Shown here: in pieces, positions 35,365-45,542 of the stretch
How positions within the stretch are numbered: position 1 is the stretch's first letter
How the letters are laid out: each line of letters opens with the position of its first letter
Assembly (NCBI GenBank): GCA_050734155.1
Contig: JBOHUD010000023.1
Span: 15,726 to 79,725, forward strand
Length of the DNA stretch: 64,000 bases
Direction of reading: 5' to 3'
Source of the DNA: Candidatus Dormibacteria bacterium
GTDB lineage: Bacteria; Chloroflexota; Dormibacteria; Aeolococcales; Aeolococcaceae
Translations under genes and position numbers: made by a program
The notes under the pieces: model-generated
Seen by the model: only the letters and a program-made list of their open reading frames with translations
Databases searched by the model: none
What the model was told of the DNA's origin: nothing

Positions 35365-36528
35365 GTGAGGACGAGCGAGGTGAGGGCTGAGGTCACCGTC
35401 GTTGGTGCCGGAGCCATCGGTCTGGCGGCGGCCCTCCAGCTGCGACGCGCCGGAGTGGACGATGTCGTGGTTGTCGATCGCAACTCGGCGCCGGGCATGG
35501 GATCCACCGGGCGAGCCAACGGAGGGGTTCGCGCCCAGTTCGCCACCGCCATCAACGTGGCGTTCTCGCAGTACACGATCTCCGCGCTCGAGGAGCTCGA
35601 CGACCTGACCGCGGGACGGGTCGGCTATCGTCCGATCGGCTATCTCCTCATGGCCGGCACCGACGTGGCCGCCGACGCTCTGCGGAGCGCGCTCCACGTC
35701 CAACGCTCCCTGGGTGTGCCCGCACGATCGGTCTCCGCCGATGAGGTGGCCGAGTTGGCTCCATTCGTGCGTCGCGAGGGGATGCAGGGGGCCACCTTCT
35801 GCGCGTCTGATGGCGTCATCGATCCGCACGGCCTGGTCAGCGCGCTCTGCAGCGAAGGCAGGCGGCTGGGCGTTTCCTACCTTTTCGACACCGATGTCGT
35901 GGGTCTCGAACGGGATGGCCCACGCGTGCTGATCCACTGCACAGGGACCGACATCGAGGCCGCGCACGTCGTCAACGCGGCCGGTGCCGGGGCGCGCGAA
36001 CTCGCTGCCAAGGCCGGAGTTGAGCTCCCGGTGTTGCCGTACCGACGCAACCTCGCCTGCACCGAGCCGGTTGCCACCATGCCCGAGTCGATGCCCATGT
36101 GTGTCGACCTGGACACCGGAGTGCTCATCCGGCGTGAAGGCGACGGCATTCTCATCGGCTACTCGGATGCGGCGAGCCCCAGCACCTTCGACACGACCTT
36201 CGAGCCCGGGTTCCTCGAGGCCATCTCCTCGCGAGTTGGCAACCGCTTCCCGCTGCTCGAGGGCGCCTCGATCAACTTGCGAAAGTGCTGGGCGGGTCTG
36301 TACCCGGAGACCCCCGACCAGCATGCGATCATCGATGCGCCCGCCGATGCGCCCTGGTTCATCCAGTGTGCCGGCTTCGGCGGCCACGGTGTCATGCACT
36401 CGCTGGCGGCAGGACAGGCGGTGGCGGAGCTGGTGCGCGATCAGCGCTGCAGCACGTTCGACCTCACAGCGCTGCGGCTCGACCGTTTCGGCGGCGCGCC
36501 ACTGACTGTGGAAGCGGTGACACTGTGA
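35365..36528 (+). CDS. FAD-dependent oxidoreductase (DAO family; D-amino-acid / D-hydroxyproline dehydrogenase or sarcosine-oxidase-beta-like)
   Basis: N-terminal VTVVGAGAIGLAAALQL dinucleotide-binding motif, DAO fold, C-terminal GFGGHGVMHS. Confidence 0.8.
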   Translation: MRTSEVRAEVTVVGAGAIGLAAALQLRRAGVDDVVVVDRNSAPGMGSTGRANGGVRAQFATAINVAFSQYTISALEELDDLTAGRVGYRPIGYLLMAGTDVAADALRSALHVQRSLGVPARSVSADEVAELAPFVRREGMQGATFCASDGVIDPHGLVSALCSEGRRLGVSYLFDTDVVGLERDGPRVLIHCTGTDIEAAHVVNAAGAGARELAAKAGVELPVLPYRRNLACTEPVATMPESMPMCVDLDTGVLIRREGDGILIGYSDAASPSTFDTTFEPGFLEAISSRVGNRFPLLEGASINLRKCWAGLYPETPDQHAIIDAPADAPWFIQCAGFGGHGVMHSLAAGQAVAELVRDQRCSTFDLTALRLDRFGGAPLTVEAVTL

Positions 36529-37394
36529 GCGATCTCTCCATCGGGATCGGCAAGCAGTCGCTCCAGCTCGTCGAGCTCGCCCACGTCGAGCCCGCGCAGC
36601 GGAGCCCGGACGGTGGTTTCGATGGGCACACCGCGCCAGCGCAGGATGTGCTTCACAGCCGCGTGGAAGGGAAAGCGCTGCAGGCTGGCGCGCACCCGAC
36701 CCGCTGCCGCGCTGTGCTCAGCCGAACCTGAACGGACCGCCCGGACGGTCAGCTCCGGCAGGGCTGCGGCCAGGCCGGAGACGGCCCCGCGGGCTCCGCC
36801 CACCAGGCCCCGATGGATCAGCTCCTCGGCCCCGATGAAGACATCAAGTCCGGAGACCAGGTACGGCTGAACGCGGTCGAAGGGGGTGTCCGAGACCTTG
36901 AGGCCGGTGAAATTCGGCGCCAGGTCGCGGAGCCTGGCCACCACGGAGAGTGGGACCGCGTAGCCGCTTCGTGCCGCGAACTCGTAGATGTAGAAGGGAG
37001 CGGGAGCGCACGCGCTTGCGGCCACCACGAAGTGTTGCTGGAGCGCCCGCTCGTCCGGTGCGAAGTAGGGGGGCGCGATCACCGCCACTCCCGCCGCGCC
37101 GAGGCCGGCGGCGTGCTCGGCAAGGGTGGCCGTGTCACGGGTGGATTGAGCGCCGCAGTGCACGATGATGGGTATCCGCCCCGGCGAGCAGCGCAGGAAC
37201 TCTGCGGCGGTGGCGCGTCTCTCGGCAACCGATAGAAGGATGCCCTCACCGGTGGTGCCGAGGACGAGCAGGCCGTCCAGACCCGCGGCTGCATAGAAGC
37301 CAACCAGGCTCGCGATGGCCGGTACGTCGACCTGCTCGCCGGCACCGGTCAGGGGAGTGACGGCCGCAGCCAGAGCTCGAGCTTGTGCGTTCAT
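36441..37394 (-). CDS. DapA (dihydrodipicolinate synthase / N-acetylneuraminate lyase) family class I aldolase
   Basis: TPLTGAGEQVD...GLLVLGTTGEG and a Schiff-base Lys region (FTGLKVSD). Start set at ATG 37394. Its 3' end overlaps the FAD-oxidoreductase gene convergently by 88 nt. Confidence 0.7.
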   Translation of the reverse strand: MNAQARALAAAVTPLTGAGEQVDVPAIASLVGFYAAAGLDGLLVLGTTGEGILLSVAERRATAAEFLRCSPGRIPIIVHCGAQSTRDTATLAEHAAGLGAAGVAVIAPPYFAPDERALQQHFVVAASACAPAPFYIYEFAARSGYAVPLSVVARLRDLAPNFTGLKVSDTPFDRVQPYLVSGLDVFIGAEELIHRGLVGGARGAVSGLAAALPELTVRAVRSGSAEHSAAAGRVRASLQRFPFHAAVKHILRWRGVPIETTVRAPLRGLDVGELDELERLLADPDGEIAHSVTASTVSGAPPKRSSRSAVRSNVLQR

Positions 37395-37479
37395 CGTGGG
37401 TGGGCTAGTCTGCCACAGCCGCGCTGGCCCGCCTTCGGCCCGGCGCCACCCCGATGGGTCGAGGAGAACGGCAACGGCG

Positions 37480-38292
37480 ATGAGCGGCACCGGGGACGTT
37501 GATGCCAGGGCATCTCAGCAACCGGGCTTGGTGGCTCTCGCCGCCCTGCTCTCCGGCGCCGGGTTCATCGCGGCCGAGGAGGAGGCGCACGAGCTCATGG
37601 CCCGCGCGTGCGGCGATGTCGAGCTCCTCGACTCGATGGTGGGACGCCGCCTCACCGGCGAACCACTCGCCTGGATCACCGGGACGGTCACATTCTGCGG
37701 CAGCGAGATCGAGGTCGCTCCCGGTGTGTACGTGCCCCGCTGGCAGACCGAGGCGATCACGCGTCGCGCCGTCGAGCGCCTCCCGGCCAACGGGGCTGCC
37801 ATCGATCTCTGCACCGGCTCCGGAGCTGTGGCCAAAGTCCTGTCCGCCCACCATCCCGGCGCACGCGTGCTGGCATCCGACATCGATGAGCACGCCGTCG
37901 CCTGTGCGACGGCGAACGGTGTGGAGGTCTACCTCGGCGATCTGTTCGCGCCGCTGCCCCAAGGGCTCGCCGAACGTGTCGACCTCGTCGCCGCCGTTGT
38001 CCCATACGTGCCCACGGCCGCGCTGCCGCTCCTGCAGCGCGACACCTTCACCTTCGAGTCGCCTCTCTCCTACGACGGCGGCAGCGACGGCACCGACATC
38101 CTCAGGCGCGTCCTGGCCGAGAGCCCTCGCTTCCTCCGACGCGGCGGTGCGCTGCTGCTCGAGCTCGGCGGCGACCAGGCCAGCGCTCTCGGCGATGACC
38201 TCGCGCGCCTCGGCTACGTGGACGTCACGGTCCTCGTGGATGACGACGGCGACGTCCGCGGTATCGACGCGACGCTCGGCCCCCACAGCTGA
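37480..38292 (+). CDS. HemK/PrmC-family protein-(glutamine-N5) methyltransferase
   Basis: SAM motif IDLCTGSGAVA and substrate motif VVPYVP (NPPY variant). Confidence 0.7.
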   Translation: MSGTGDVDARASQQPGLVALAALLSGAGFIAAEEEAHELMARACGDVELLDSMVGRRLTGEPLAWITGTVTFCGSEIEVAPGVYVPRWQTEAITRRAVERLPANGAAIDLCTGSGAVAKVLSAHHPGARVLASDIDEHAVACATANGVEVYLGDLFAPLPQGLAERVDLVAAVVPYVPTAALPLLQRDTFTFESPLSYDGGSDGTDILRRVLAESPRFLRRGGALLLELGGDQASALGDDLARLGYVDVTVLVDDDGDVRGIDATLGPHS

Positions 38293-38313
38293 GCAGGGCT
38301 GAGCCCTGCTCGG
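38293..38313 (+). terminator. Candidate intrinsic terminator hairpin directly after the HemK-family stop
   Basis: AGCAGGGCT-GA-GCCCTGCT: perfect 8-9 bp GC-rich inverted repeat, followed by a T-containing tract (cggTTaggctgctggctgccTTTTgct). Confidence 0.4.
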
Positions 38314-38383
38314 TTAGGCTGCTGGCTGCCTTTTGCTCCGGCGTTCACAGCCGGGCAGGGAACCCCAGATTCAGGAGGCCGCG

Positions 38384-38494
38384 ATGCTCGCTCTCAATCT
38401 GCTCGGGACCAAAGAAATCATCGTCTATGTCATCGTGGTGATCATCATCATCATCGCCGCCGGCTGGTACCTGATGAGAGGCAGGCCGCGCTGA
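38384..38494 (+). CDS. Small hydrophobic protein (36 aa, single TM helix)
   Basis: AGGAGG Shine-Dalgarno 7 nt upstream of the ATG. Translation MLALNLLGTKEIIVYVIVVIIIIIAAGWYLMRGRPR. Lower-GC codons. Sits in the intergenic gap upstream of the merR-like gene. Confidence 0.4.
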   Translation: MLALNLLGTKEIIVYVIVVIIIIIAAGWYLMRGRPR

Positions 38495-38529
38495 CCCCGG
38501 CGCAGTTGCGCGAAACTCTCGACGCCCTC

Positions 38530-39009
38530 TCAGGGTCGGCGGGCTGCCACCCTGCTCGGCAGGTCTCGTAACCTCAGCTCGATCGCGTCTCTGCGGGTGT
38601 GGACCTCCGCTTCGAGTTGGGCGAGCTGCCCCTGGCGATGGTGGACCAGCTCCAGCTGGGTGTCGGCGCAGCGCAACGCCGCCGCCAGGATCCGGCGCTT
38701 GTCACCCACCTCCGTCGCTCCCGCCCACTCGTCCCTGAGGTGGCTGCGCACGGACTCGACCTCGATGAGGGTGCCGAGCTGCTCCAGTGAGAGGCCGAGC
38801 AGATCGCGCAGCCGCATCACCTCGCGCACGCGCTCGACATCGCCTGCCGTATAGAGGCGGTGGCCGCCCTTGCGACGCTCGCCGGCGGGTGTGAGCAGGC
38901 CGATCTCCTCGTAGTAGCGAATCGTTCGCGGCGTCGTCCCCGTCTGCTCGGCGACCTCGCCGACGCGCAGACGTGCGGGCGGGGCATCGACCGCTGCCAT
39001 CATGCGCAC
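38530..39009 (-). CDS. MerR-family transcriptional regulator
   Basis: N-terminal HTH LRVGEVAEQTGTTPRTIRYYEEIGLL plus a C-terminal coiled coil. Confidence 0.8.
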   Translation of the reverse strand: MRMMAAVDAPPARLRVGEVAEQTGTTPRTIRYYEEIGLLTPAGERRKGGHRLYTAGDVERVREVMRLRDLLGLSLEQLGTLIEVESVRSHLRDEWAGATEVGDKRRILAAALRCADTQLELVHHRQGQLAQLEAEVHTRRDAIELRLRDLPSRVAARRP

Positions 39010-39013
39010 ACCT

Positions 39014-40507
39014 TCAGGGCGCGGCTGAACGCCCGATCACCTTGAGCTCGGGCACATGAGAGGGGCGCAGCAGCGACACGGCGGCTCCCACCAGTGACAC
39101 GGCGGCCAGGATCCAGAGTGCCGCGTGCATGTTGCTGATGAAGGGTGTCAGCTGGCCCGCGGTCAGGCCCTGCGCCAAGCCGGAGAAGATCTTGAAGAGC
39201 ACAGCCGTGGGAATCGCCGCCGTCACCACCGCCATGACAAAGGCGATGGAGATCACCGCGCCGGCGTTCTGGAGGAGCAGACGGGCGCCGGCCGCGATGC
39301 CCCGGCGGTTCGCCGGCACCGATCCCATCATCGCCGCGGTGTTCGGCGAATTGAACATTCCGGAGCCGCAGCCGACCACGAAGAGCCACAGGCCCGACTG
39401 CCAGAAGGGAGTGGCCACCGCCAGAGTTGTCATCGCCGCCAGCGCCGCCGCACTCACCGTCATGCCCGCGGCGGCAAGCGTGCGCGACCCGCGACGATCC
39501 GCGATCATGCCGGCGATCGGGGAGGCGATGAGCATTCCCACCGCCAGGGGGGTGAGCTTGATGCCCGCGGTGAGCGCGGAATCGCCCTGTGCTCCCTGGA
39601 AGTAGAACACGAAGATGAACATCAGGGCAAAGCGCGACAGCCCGTTGAGAAAGGCCGCACCCGAGGCGGCGGCGAAGAGCCGGTCACGGAACAGGGAGAG
39701 GTCAAGCATCGGTGCTCTCTGGCGGGCCTCGATGTACACGAACAGCGGCAACAGCACGACTGCTCCGGCGAAGCCTCCGATGACGACCGGGTCGTCCCAG
39801 CCAGTCAACCCGCCGCGTGAGATGGCCAGCACCAGGCCGGTGAAGCCGACCAGGAAGGCGAGCGTTCCCAGCGGATCCAGACCGCGCACCAGGTCACGGC
39901 CGCTGGTGTCGCGCAGGACGATCAACGCCCAGAGCGCGCCCGCCAGCCCGATGGGCACGTTGAACCAGAAGACCCACGGCCAGGAGATGCTCACCAGCGC
40001 CCCTCCCAGGACCGGGCCGAGAACCAATCCGACGGCCGCGACCATGGTGTTGGTCCCCATCGCCACCCCGAGCTGTCGAGCGGGAAACGCGTCGGTGACG
40101 ATGGCGGCGGCATTGGCGAAGAGGAATGCCCCGCCGATGCCCTGCACGATCCGCCAGAGGATCAGCTCTGTCCCATCTCCTGCGAATCCCGCTCCCAGCG
40201 ATGCCAGGGCAAAGACGGCGAAGCCCGCGGCGAACGCGTGCTTGCGCCCGAAGAGATCGGAGAGCCGGCCGGCGGTGAGCACGAGCACGGTCGAGGCGAT
40301 CATGTAGGCGAGGATCACCCAGACCAGCTCGAGCAGTGACGTGTGCAGGCTGGTCTCCAGGGTGGGCAGAGCGATGATCAGCGTTCCCGAGTTGATCGTC
40401 GCCATCAGCATGCCCAGTGAGGTGCACGACAGCGCCCACCACTTGTAGTTGCGGTGATCGGAACTGACGCCGGGTCGTCGCCGCGGGGTGGCGGTCGTGG
40501 TCGCCAT
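39014..40507 (-). CDS. MFS transporter, DHA2 (14-TMS) drug:H+ antiporter family
   Basis: Motif A GRLSDLFGRK, 14 predicted TM helices. Start at ATG 40507, checked in the sequence. Adjacent to the MerR regulator. Confidence 0.85.
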   Translation of the reverse strand: MATTTATPRRRPGVSSDHRNYKWWALSCTSLGMLMATINSGTLIIALPTLETSLHTSLLELVWVILAYMIASTVLVLTAGRLSDLFGRKHAFAAGFAVFALASLGAGFAGDGTELILWRIVQGIGGAFLFANAAAIVTDAFPARQLGVAMGTNTMVAAVGLVLGPVLGGALVSISWPWVFWFNVPIGLAGALWALIVLRDTSGRDLVRGLDPLGTLAFLVGFTGLVLAISRGGLTGWDDPVVIGGFAGAVVLLPLFVYIEARQRAPMLDLSLFRDRLFAAASGAAFLNGLSRFALMFIFVFYFQGAQGDSALTAGIKLTPLAVGMLIASPIAGMIADRRGSRTLAAAGMTVSAAALAAMTTLAVATPFWQSGLWLFVVGCGSGMFNSPNTAAMMGSVPANRRGIAAGARLLLQNAGAVISIAFVMAVVTAAIPTAVLFKIFSGLAQGLTAGQLTPFISNMHAALWILAAVSLVGAAVSLLRPSHVPELKVIGRSAAP

Positions 40508-40694
40508 CGAGCTCCTTGGGTCGGGAGGTTCAGGAAATAGACGTTTACGGAAGAATCCGATTCTAGCACGCGGCACGGGCGAGTCTGTCGACCCGGCGTC
40601 GGGGGATCTCCGAGCTTGTCTTAAGACGTTCGGACGTTGCCCCCGGCGACGGCGCCTGTCCGACACTGAGGTCACGATCAATGAGGAGGACGAC

Positions 40695-41264
40695 ATGACA
40701 TTCACCATCACACGCCGCGTGCTCGCCGGCGCCGCCCTGCTCGCCATCGCCGGCTGCGGGTCGGACGCGCTCAGCACCAGCTCGGCAGGCGCAGGCAGCA
40801 CCAGCTCGACCGGCAGCGGCCCCAGCTCGCCGGCTCCGGCATCGAACGTGACCGTGGCCTCGGCGACCGTCAGCGGTCATGGCGCCGTCCTGGTGGCCGG
40901 CTCCAACCACAGGACCCTCTACGAGTTCGACAAGGACACACCTGGAAACGGCACCAGTGCGTGCGTGGGTGGTTGCCTAACCACCTGGCCGGCGCTCACC
41001 GTCGCCGCCGGCACGTCCCCCACCGCCGCCTCCGGGATCAGCGGAAAATGGGGCACCATCACGCGCTCGGACGGAAAGGGCATCCAGGTCACCTACAACG
41101 GTCTGCCGCTGTACCTCTACTCCGGGGACACCAAGCCCGGCGATGCCAACGGCGACTACCCTCATTGGGCCAGTGTTCCCGCGGCTGTCGGTGCGGCCGC
41201 GTCCGCACCCACGGCGACGCCGCCGGGGAATGGCTCCAGCTCCTCCAATCCGTACGGCTACTGA
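40695..41264 (+). CDS. Secreted lipoprotein with tandem Y-x-(F/Y)-x-x-D repeats (COG4315-like)
   Basis: GAGGAGG Shine-Dalgarno, signal peptide plus lipobox LLAIAGCGS. Repeats TLYEFDKDT and PLYLYSGDTKPGD. Confidence 0.65.
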   Translation: MTFTITRRVLAGAALLAIAGCGSDALSTSSAGAGSTSSTGSGPSSPAPASNVTVASATVSGHGAVLVAGSNHRTLYEFDKDTPGNGTSACVGGCLTTWPALTVAAGTSPTAASGISGKWGTITRSDGKGIQVTYNGLPLYLYSGDTKPGDANGDYPHWASVPAAVGAAASAPTATPPGNGSSSSNPYGY

Positions 41265-41365
41265 GCGAGACCTCGAGAGTCCGAGCCCGGTGCATGGACA
41301 GGTGACCGTCCGCCACATGGGGCCAGCCGCACCGCCACCGCGATCCCATCCGGCACCATCTTGGT

Positions 41366-42388
41366 GTGCAGGCGGTGACGGCTGGCGAGCGACCGCCATG
41401 GCGGCGGCTGGACGAGCTGCCCGTGGCATCGTTCGCAGCGGTGATGGCGACCGGGATCGTCTCGGTCGCCGCGGGCCAGGAAGCGCAATCGGGTGTGGCC
41501 ACGGTGCTGTCGTGGCTGGCGGCGGCGACCTTCTGCGCCCTGACGGCCCTGCACGCGACCCGCGCGGCACTGCATCCGCGGGTGGCGCTGGCCGAGCTTG
41601 GTCATCCGAGCACCGCGTTCGACGCAGGCAGCGCCGTCGCCGCGCTGGCCGTCACCGGAGTGGCGCTGGCGTCACGGTTGTCCACGACGGCTGTCCTCAC
41701 CATCTGGCTGTGCCAGGTCGCGCTCTGGTTGGCGACGATCAGCGTCGCGATCCGGGCGCTGCGCCGGCATCGTCACGCCGGGTTGGTCCACGTCAGCTCC
41801 GGCAGGTGGCTGCTCGCCGTGGTGGCCACGGAGTCCGTCGCGGTCCTGGCGCCGGCGGCCGGGGGCGGCGCCCAGCATGAGGCGATCGCGGTGGCCGCAG
41901 GGGCGTGCTGGGCGGCAGGTCTTGCCGCCTATCCCGTCCTGGTGGTGGTCATCGTCACCAGGCTTCGCCGCCGCGGCTGGCGGGCCGTCGACCTGACCCC
42001 GGATCACTGGATCCTCATGGGAGCGCTGGCGATCTGCACGTTGAGCGCGACGCGGCTGCTGGCCATGAAGGCGGACGCGGGCTTGCACAACAGCCTCGCG
42101 GTGGCGGCGATGGCGACCTGGGCCGGCGCCAGCGTGCTGTACGCGGTCCTCGCCGCGGCCAGCGCACGTCGCTGGATGGTGTCGACCGCCACCCGTGCCT
42201 ATGACACCAGGTGGTGGGCCTCGGTCTTCCCGCTGGGGATGTACTCCGCCTGCTCATTCGCACTGTCTGCGGTGCTCCCCAGTGGGGCGCTGCATGGGCT
42301 CGCCATGGCCACGTTCTGGGTCGCTCTGACGGCGTGGCTGCTGGTCTCGCTGCTGTCGGTGGCTGCGATCGCGCGCACCTCGCCCTGA
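41366..42388 (+). CDS. TDT (TehA / C4-dicarboxylate transporter / SLAC1-like) family membrane protein
   Basis: 340 aa with about 10 TM helices. N-terminal RLDELPVASFAAVMATGIVSVA is typical of the TehA family. Confidence 0.65.
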   Translation: MQAVTAGERPPWRRLDELPVASFAAVMATGIVSVAAGQEAQSGVATVLSWLAAATFCALTALHATRAALHPRVALAELGHPSTAFDAGSAVAALAVTGVALASRLSTTAVLTIWLCQVALWLATISVAIRALRRHRHAGLVHVSSGRWLLAVVATESVAVLAPAAGGGAQHEAIAVAAGACWAAGLAAYPVLVVVIVTRLRRRGWRAVDLTPDHWILMGALAICTLSATRLLAMKADAGLHNSLAVAAMATWAGASVLYAVLAAASARRWMVSTATRAYDTRWWASVFPLGMYSACSFALSAVLPSGALHGLAMATFWVALTAWLLVSLLSVAAIARTSP

Positions 42389-42434
42389 TGGCTGCGGTAC
42401 GCGGTCGCCGGGCTCGGCATCGTAGGCTGTCGGG

Positions 42435-43175
42435 ATGCTCGGGTTGCCGGACGGGGTGCGCGCCTGCCTGTTCGACCTCGACGGCGTCCTCACCCAGACA
42501 GCCAAGCTCCATGCCGCCGCGTGGAAGGAGATGTTCGATCAGTTCCTGCGCGAGCGGGCTGAACGGGAGGGCGATCGGTTCCGGCCCTTCGATGCGGTCG
42601 CCGACTATGACGAGTACGTCGACGGCAAGCCACGCGCCGACGGCGTGCGCTCGTTCCTCGCTTCCCGGGGAATCGGTCTCGACGATGGCCACCCGGGCGA
42701 CCCGGCGACGGCCGCCACCGTGGCGGGGCTCGGCAATCGCAAGAACGCGCTGGTTCTCCGCCTGATCCACGACCGGGGTGTGGAGCCATATGACGGCTCC
42801 GTGCGGTACGTTCGTGCGGCTCGCGACGCGGGCCTGCGCCGCGCCGTCGTCTCGTCGAGCAGCAACTGTCGCCAGGTGCTCGCCGCCGCGGACATTGCGG
42901 ACCTGTTCGAGAAGCGCATCGACGGGATCGTCGCGGAGCGAGAGCACCTGAAGGGAAAACCCGCTCCCGATGCCTTCCTGGCGGGGGCGCGTGCCCTGCG
43001 CGTCGCCCCCAAGGAGGCGGCGGTTTTCGAGGACGCGCTGGCGGGCGTGGCCGCGGGGCGAGCCGGCGAGTTCGGGTGGGTGGTGGGAGTCGACCGCGTT
43101 GGCCAGGCCGGCGAATTGCGCAAGCATGGGGCTGACATCGTCGTCTCCGACCTGGCTGAGCTGCTGGCCCGATGA
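42435..43175 (+). CDS. pgmB: Beta-phosphoglucomutase (HAD superfamily, subfamily IA)
   Basis: [24 protein letters not shown], the HAD motif I with DxD, and a KGKPAPD motif III. Confidence 0.8.
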   Translation: MLGLPDGVRACLFDLDGVLTQTAKLHAAAWKEMFDQFLRERAEREGDRFRPFDAVADYDEYVDGKPRADGVRSFLASRGIGLDDGHPGDPATAATVAGLGNRKNALVLRLIHDRGVEPYDGSVRYVRAARDAGLRRAVVSSSSNCRQVLAAADIADLFEKRIDGIVAEREHLKGKPAPDAFLAGARALRVAPKEAAVFEDALAGVAAGRAGEFGWVVGVDRVGQAGELRKHGADIVVSDLAELLAR

Positions 43176-45529
43176 TCAAGCATCCCGCCTTCGCCGTCGA
43201 GCCGTGGGCGCTGCGCGAGACGGAGTTGAGCCTGGACGTTCTCGCCCAGTCGGAATCCGTGTTCGCGCTGGCCAACGGACACATCGGTCTGCGCGCCAAC
43301 CTGGACGAGGGCGAGCCCAACGGTCTTCCGGGCACCTATCTCAACGGCTTCTACGAAGGTCGTCCGCTGCCCTATGCCGAGGCCGGCTACGGCTATCCCG
43401 AGGCGGGTCAGACGGTGGTCAATGTCACCAACGGCAAGATCGTCCGTCTGCTCGTCGACGACGAGCCCTTCGATGTCCGTTTCGGGGAGCTGCGCGCCCA
43501 CGAGCGACGGCTCGACTTCAGGGCCGGGGTTCTCCGACGCCAGGCGGAGTGGGTGTCCCCCGCGGGTCGTGGGGTGCGGGTGTGCTCGGTGCGCCTCGTC
43601 TCCCTCGTGCAGCGGGCGGTCGCGGCCGTCCTCTACGAGGTGGAACCGCTGGGCGCCGCCGCCCGCCTGGTGGTGCAGTCGGAGCTGGTGGCCAACGAGC
43701 CCATGCCGACCCTGTCCGGCGATCCCCGCACCGGCGCGATCATGAGGGCTCCACTGCGCTCCCTGCAGGTCGCCGGGAGGGGCAGCCGGGTGGTGCTGGT
43801 GCACACCACCAAGACCAGCGGGCTGCGCATGGCCGCCGCCATGGACCACATCGTCGAGGGGCCCACCGGCACTGACACCGGCCCCGAGGAGAGCGGCGAG
43901 GATCTGGGGCGGGTCACCGTCACCGCCGACGTGAAAGCGGGTCAGAAGCTGCGCATCGTCAAGTTCCTGGCCTACGGCTGGTCGAGCCAGCGCTCGACCG
44001 CCGCGCTGCGCGATCAGGTCGCGGCGGCGCTCGCCGAGGCCAGGCACACCGGGTGGGACGGGCTGCTCGCCGCGCAGCGCGAGTACCTGGATGAGTTCTG
44101 GGAGCGCGCCGACGTCGAGGTGGAGGGCGACGCCGAGCTGCAGCAGGCGGTCCGCTTCGGGCTGTTTCACATACTGCAGGCCGGCGCCAGGGCGGAGCGC
44201 CGTGCCATCGCCGCCAAGGGACTCACCGGCCCGGGCTACAACGGGCACACGTTCTGGGACAGCGAGAGCTTCGTGCTCCCGGTGCTCACCTACACCGTGC
44301 CCCACGCCGCCCGTGACGCTCTGCGGTGGCGGCATGCCACCCTGGACCTGGCCCGGGAGCGTGCTGCCGTGCTCGGGCTGGCCGGGGCGGCATTCCCCTG
44401 GCGCACCATCGCCGGCCAGGAATGCTCCAGCTACTGGCCGGCGGGGACAGCCGCATTCCACGTCGGAGCCGACATCGCCGACGCCGTCGGTCGCTACCAG
44501 GCGGCCACCCAGGACGAGGCGTTCGAGCGGGACATCGGGCTGGAGCTGCTCGTCGAGACGGCGCGACTGTGGTATTCGCTGGGCCAGCTCGACACCGAGG
44601 GCCGGTTTCGCATCGACGGCGTCACCGGTCCCGACGAGTACAGCGCCGTCGCCGACAACAACGTCTACACCAACCTGATGGCGCAGCACAATCTGCGAGC
44701 CGCCGCCGATGTCGTCGAACGCCACCCCGATCGCGCCGCTGACCTCGGCGTCGCCGGGCACGAGGCCGCCACCTGGCGCGAGGCCGCCAACGCCACCCTC
44801 ATCCCCTATGACCGCCGGCTGGGCGTTCATCCCCAGGCCGAGGGTTTCACCGACCACCGGATCTGGGACTTCGCCAGCACCGCCGCCGAGCAGTACCCGC
44901 TGCTCATGCACTTTGCCTACTTCGACCTGTACCGCAAGCAGGTCGTCAAGCAGGCGGACCTGGTGCTGGCACTGCACCTTCGGGGCCATGCTTTCAGCGC
45001 GGAGGAGAAGGCCCGCGACTTCGACTACTACGAGCGTCTCACCGTTCGCGATTCATCGCTCTCGGCGTGCACCCAGGCGGTGATCGCAGCCGAGGTCGGG
45101 CACCTCGAGCTGGCCTACGACTACTTCGGCGAGGCCGCCCTCATCGATCTCGACGACCTGGAGCACAACACGCGTGACGGCCTGCACATCGCGTCGCTCG
45201 CGGGCGCTTGGATCGTTGCGGTGGCCGGTTTCGGCGGGCTGCGCGACCACGACGGCTCGCTGAGCTTCTCTCCCCGCCTCCCGGAGAGCCTGCGGCGCCT
45301 GGCCTTCGGGCTCCTCTACGCGGGGCGGCGCCTCAGGGTCGAGGTCGAGCCGCGACTGGCTCGCTACACGCTCCTCGAGGGCGCGCCTCTCCAGATCAGG
45401 CACCACGGGGATCCACTCATGGTCACGGCCGAGAACCCGGTGACGCGTGGGATCCCAGCTCCACCGCGGCGCGACGCGCCCACCCAACCGCCGGGGCGGG
45501 CGCCGCAGCGGCGCCGACCCGCGGGCTGA
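43172..45529 (+). CDS. Glycoside hydrolase family 65 disaccharide phosphorylase (maltose/trehalose/kojibiose phosphorylase-like)
   Basis: 785 aa with GH65 N-terminal, central (alpha/alpha)6 catalytic and C-terminal domains. ATGA overlap with pgmB; co-occurrence with beta-PGM is the canonical pairing. Confidence 0.85.
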   Translation: MIKHPAFAVEPWALRETELSLDVLAQSESVFALANGHIGLRANLDEGEPNGLPGTYLNGFYEGRPLPYAEAGYGYPEAGQTVVNVTNGKIVRLLVDDEPFDVRFGELRAHERRLDFRAGVLRRQAEWVSPAGRGVRVCSVRLVSLVQRAVAAVLYEVEPLGAAARLVVQSELVANEPMPTLSGDPRTGAIMRAPLRSLQVAGRGSRVVLVHTTKTSGLRMAAAMDHIVEGPTGTDTGPEESGEDLGRVTVTADVKAGQKLRIVKFLAYGWSSQRSTAALRDQVAAALAEARHTGWDGLLAAQREYLDEFWERADVEVEGDAELQQAVRFGLFHILQAGARAERRAIAAKGLTGPGYNGHTFWDSESFVLPVLTYTVPHAARDALRWRHATLDLARERAAVLGLAGAAFPWRTIAGQECSSYWPAGTAAFHVGADIADAVGRYQAATQDEAFERDIGLELLVETARLWYSLGQLDTEGRFRIDGVTGPDEYSAVADNNVYTNLMAQHNLRAAADVVERHPDRAADLGVAGHEAATWREAANATLIPYDRRLGVHPQAEGFTDHRIWDFASTAAEQYPLLMHFAYFDLYRKQVVKQADLVLALHLRGHAFSAEEKARDFDYYERLTVRDSSLSACTQAVIAAEVGHLELAYDYFGEAALIDLDDLEHNTRDGLHIASLAGAWIVAVAGFGGLRDHDGSLSFSPRLPESLRRLAFGLLYAGRRLRVEVEPRLARYTLLEGAPLQIRHHGDPLMVTAENPVTRGIPAPPRRDAPTQPPGRAPQRRRPAG

Positions 45530-45542
45530 ACCGAGCCCGGCG

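Noticed and set aside
35137-36399. 420-aa minus-strand ORF
   Set aside because: Antisense to the FAD-dependent oxidoreductase, which has a clear GxGxxG start and DAO fold on the plus strand.
42605-44989. 794-aa minus-strand ORF spanning the GH65 phosphorylase gene
   Set aside because: The plus-strand frame encodes a full-length GH65 enzyme. The minus frame is a GC-rich shadow.
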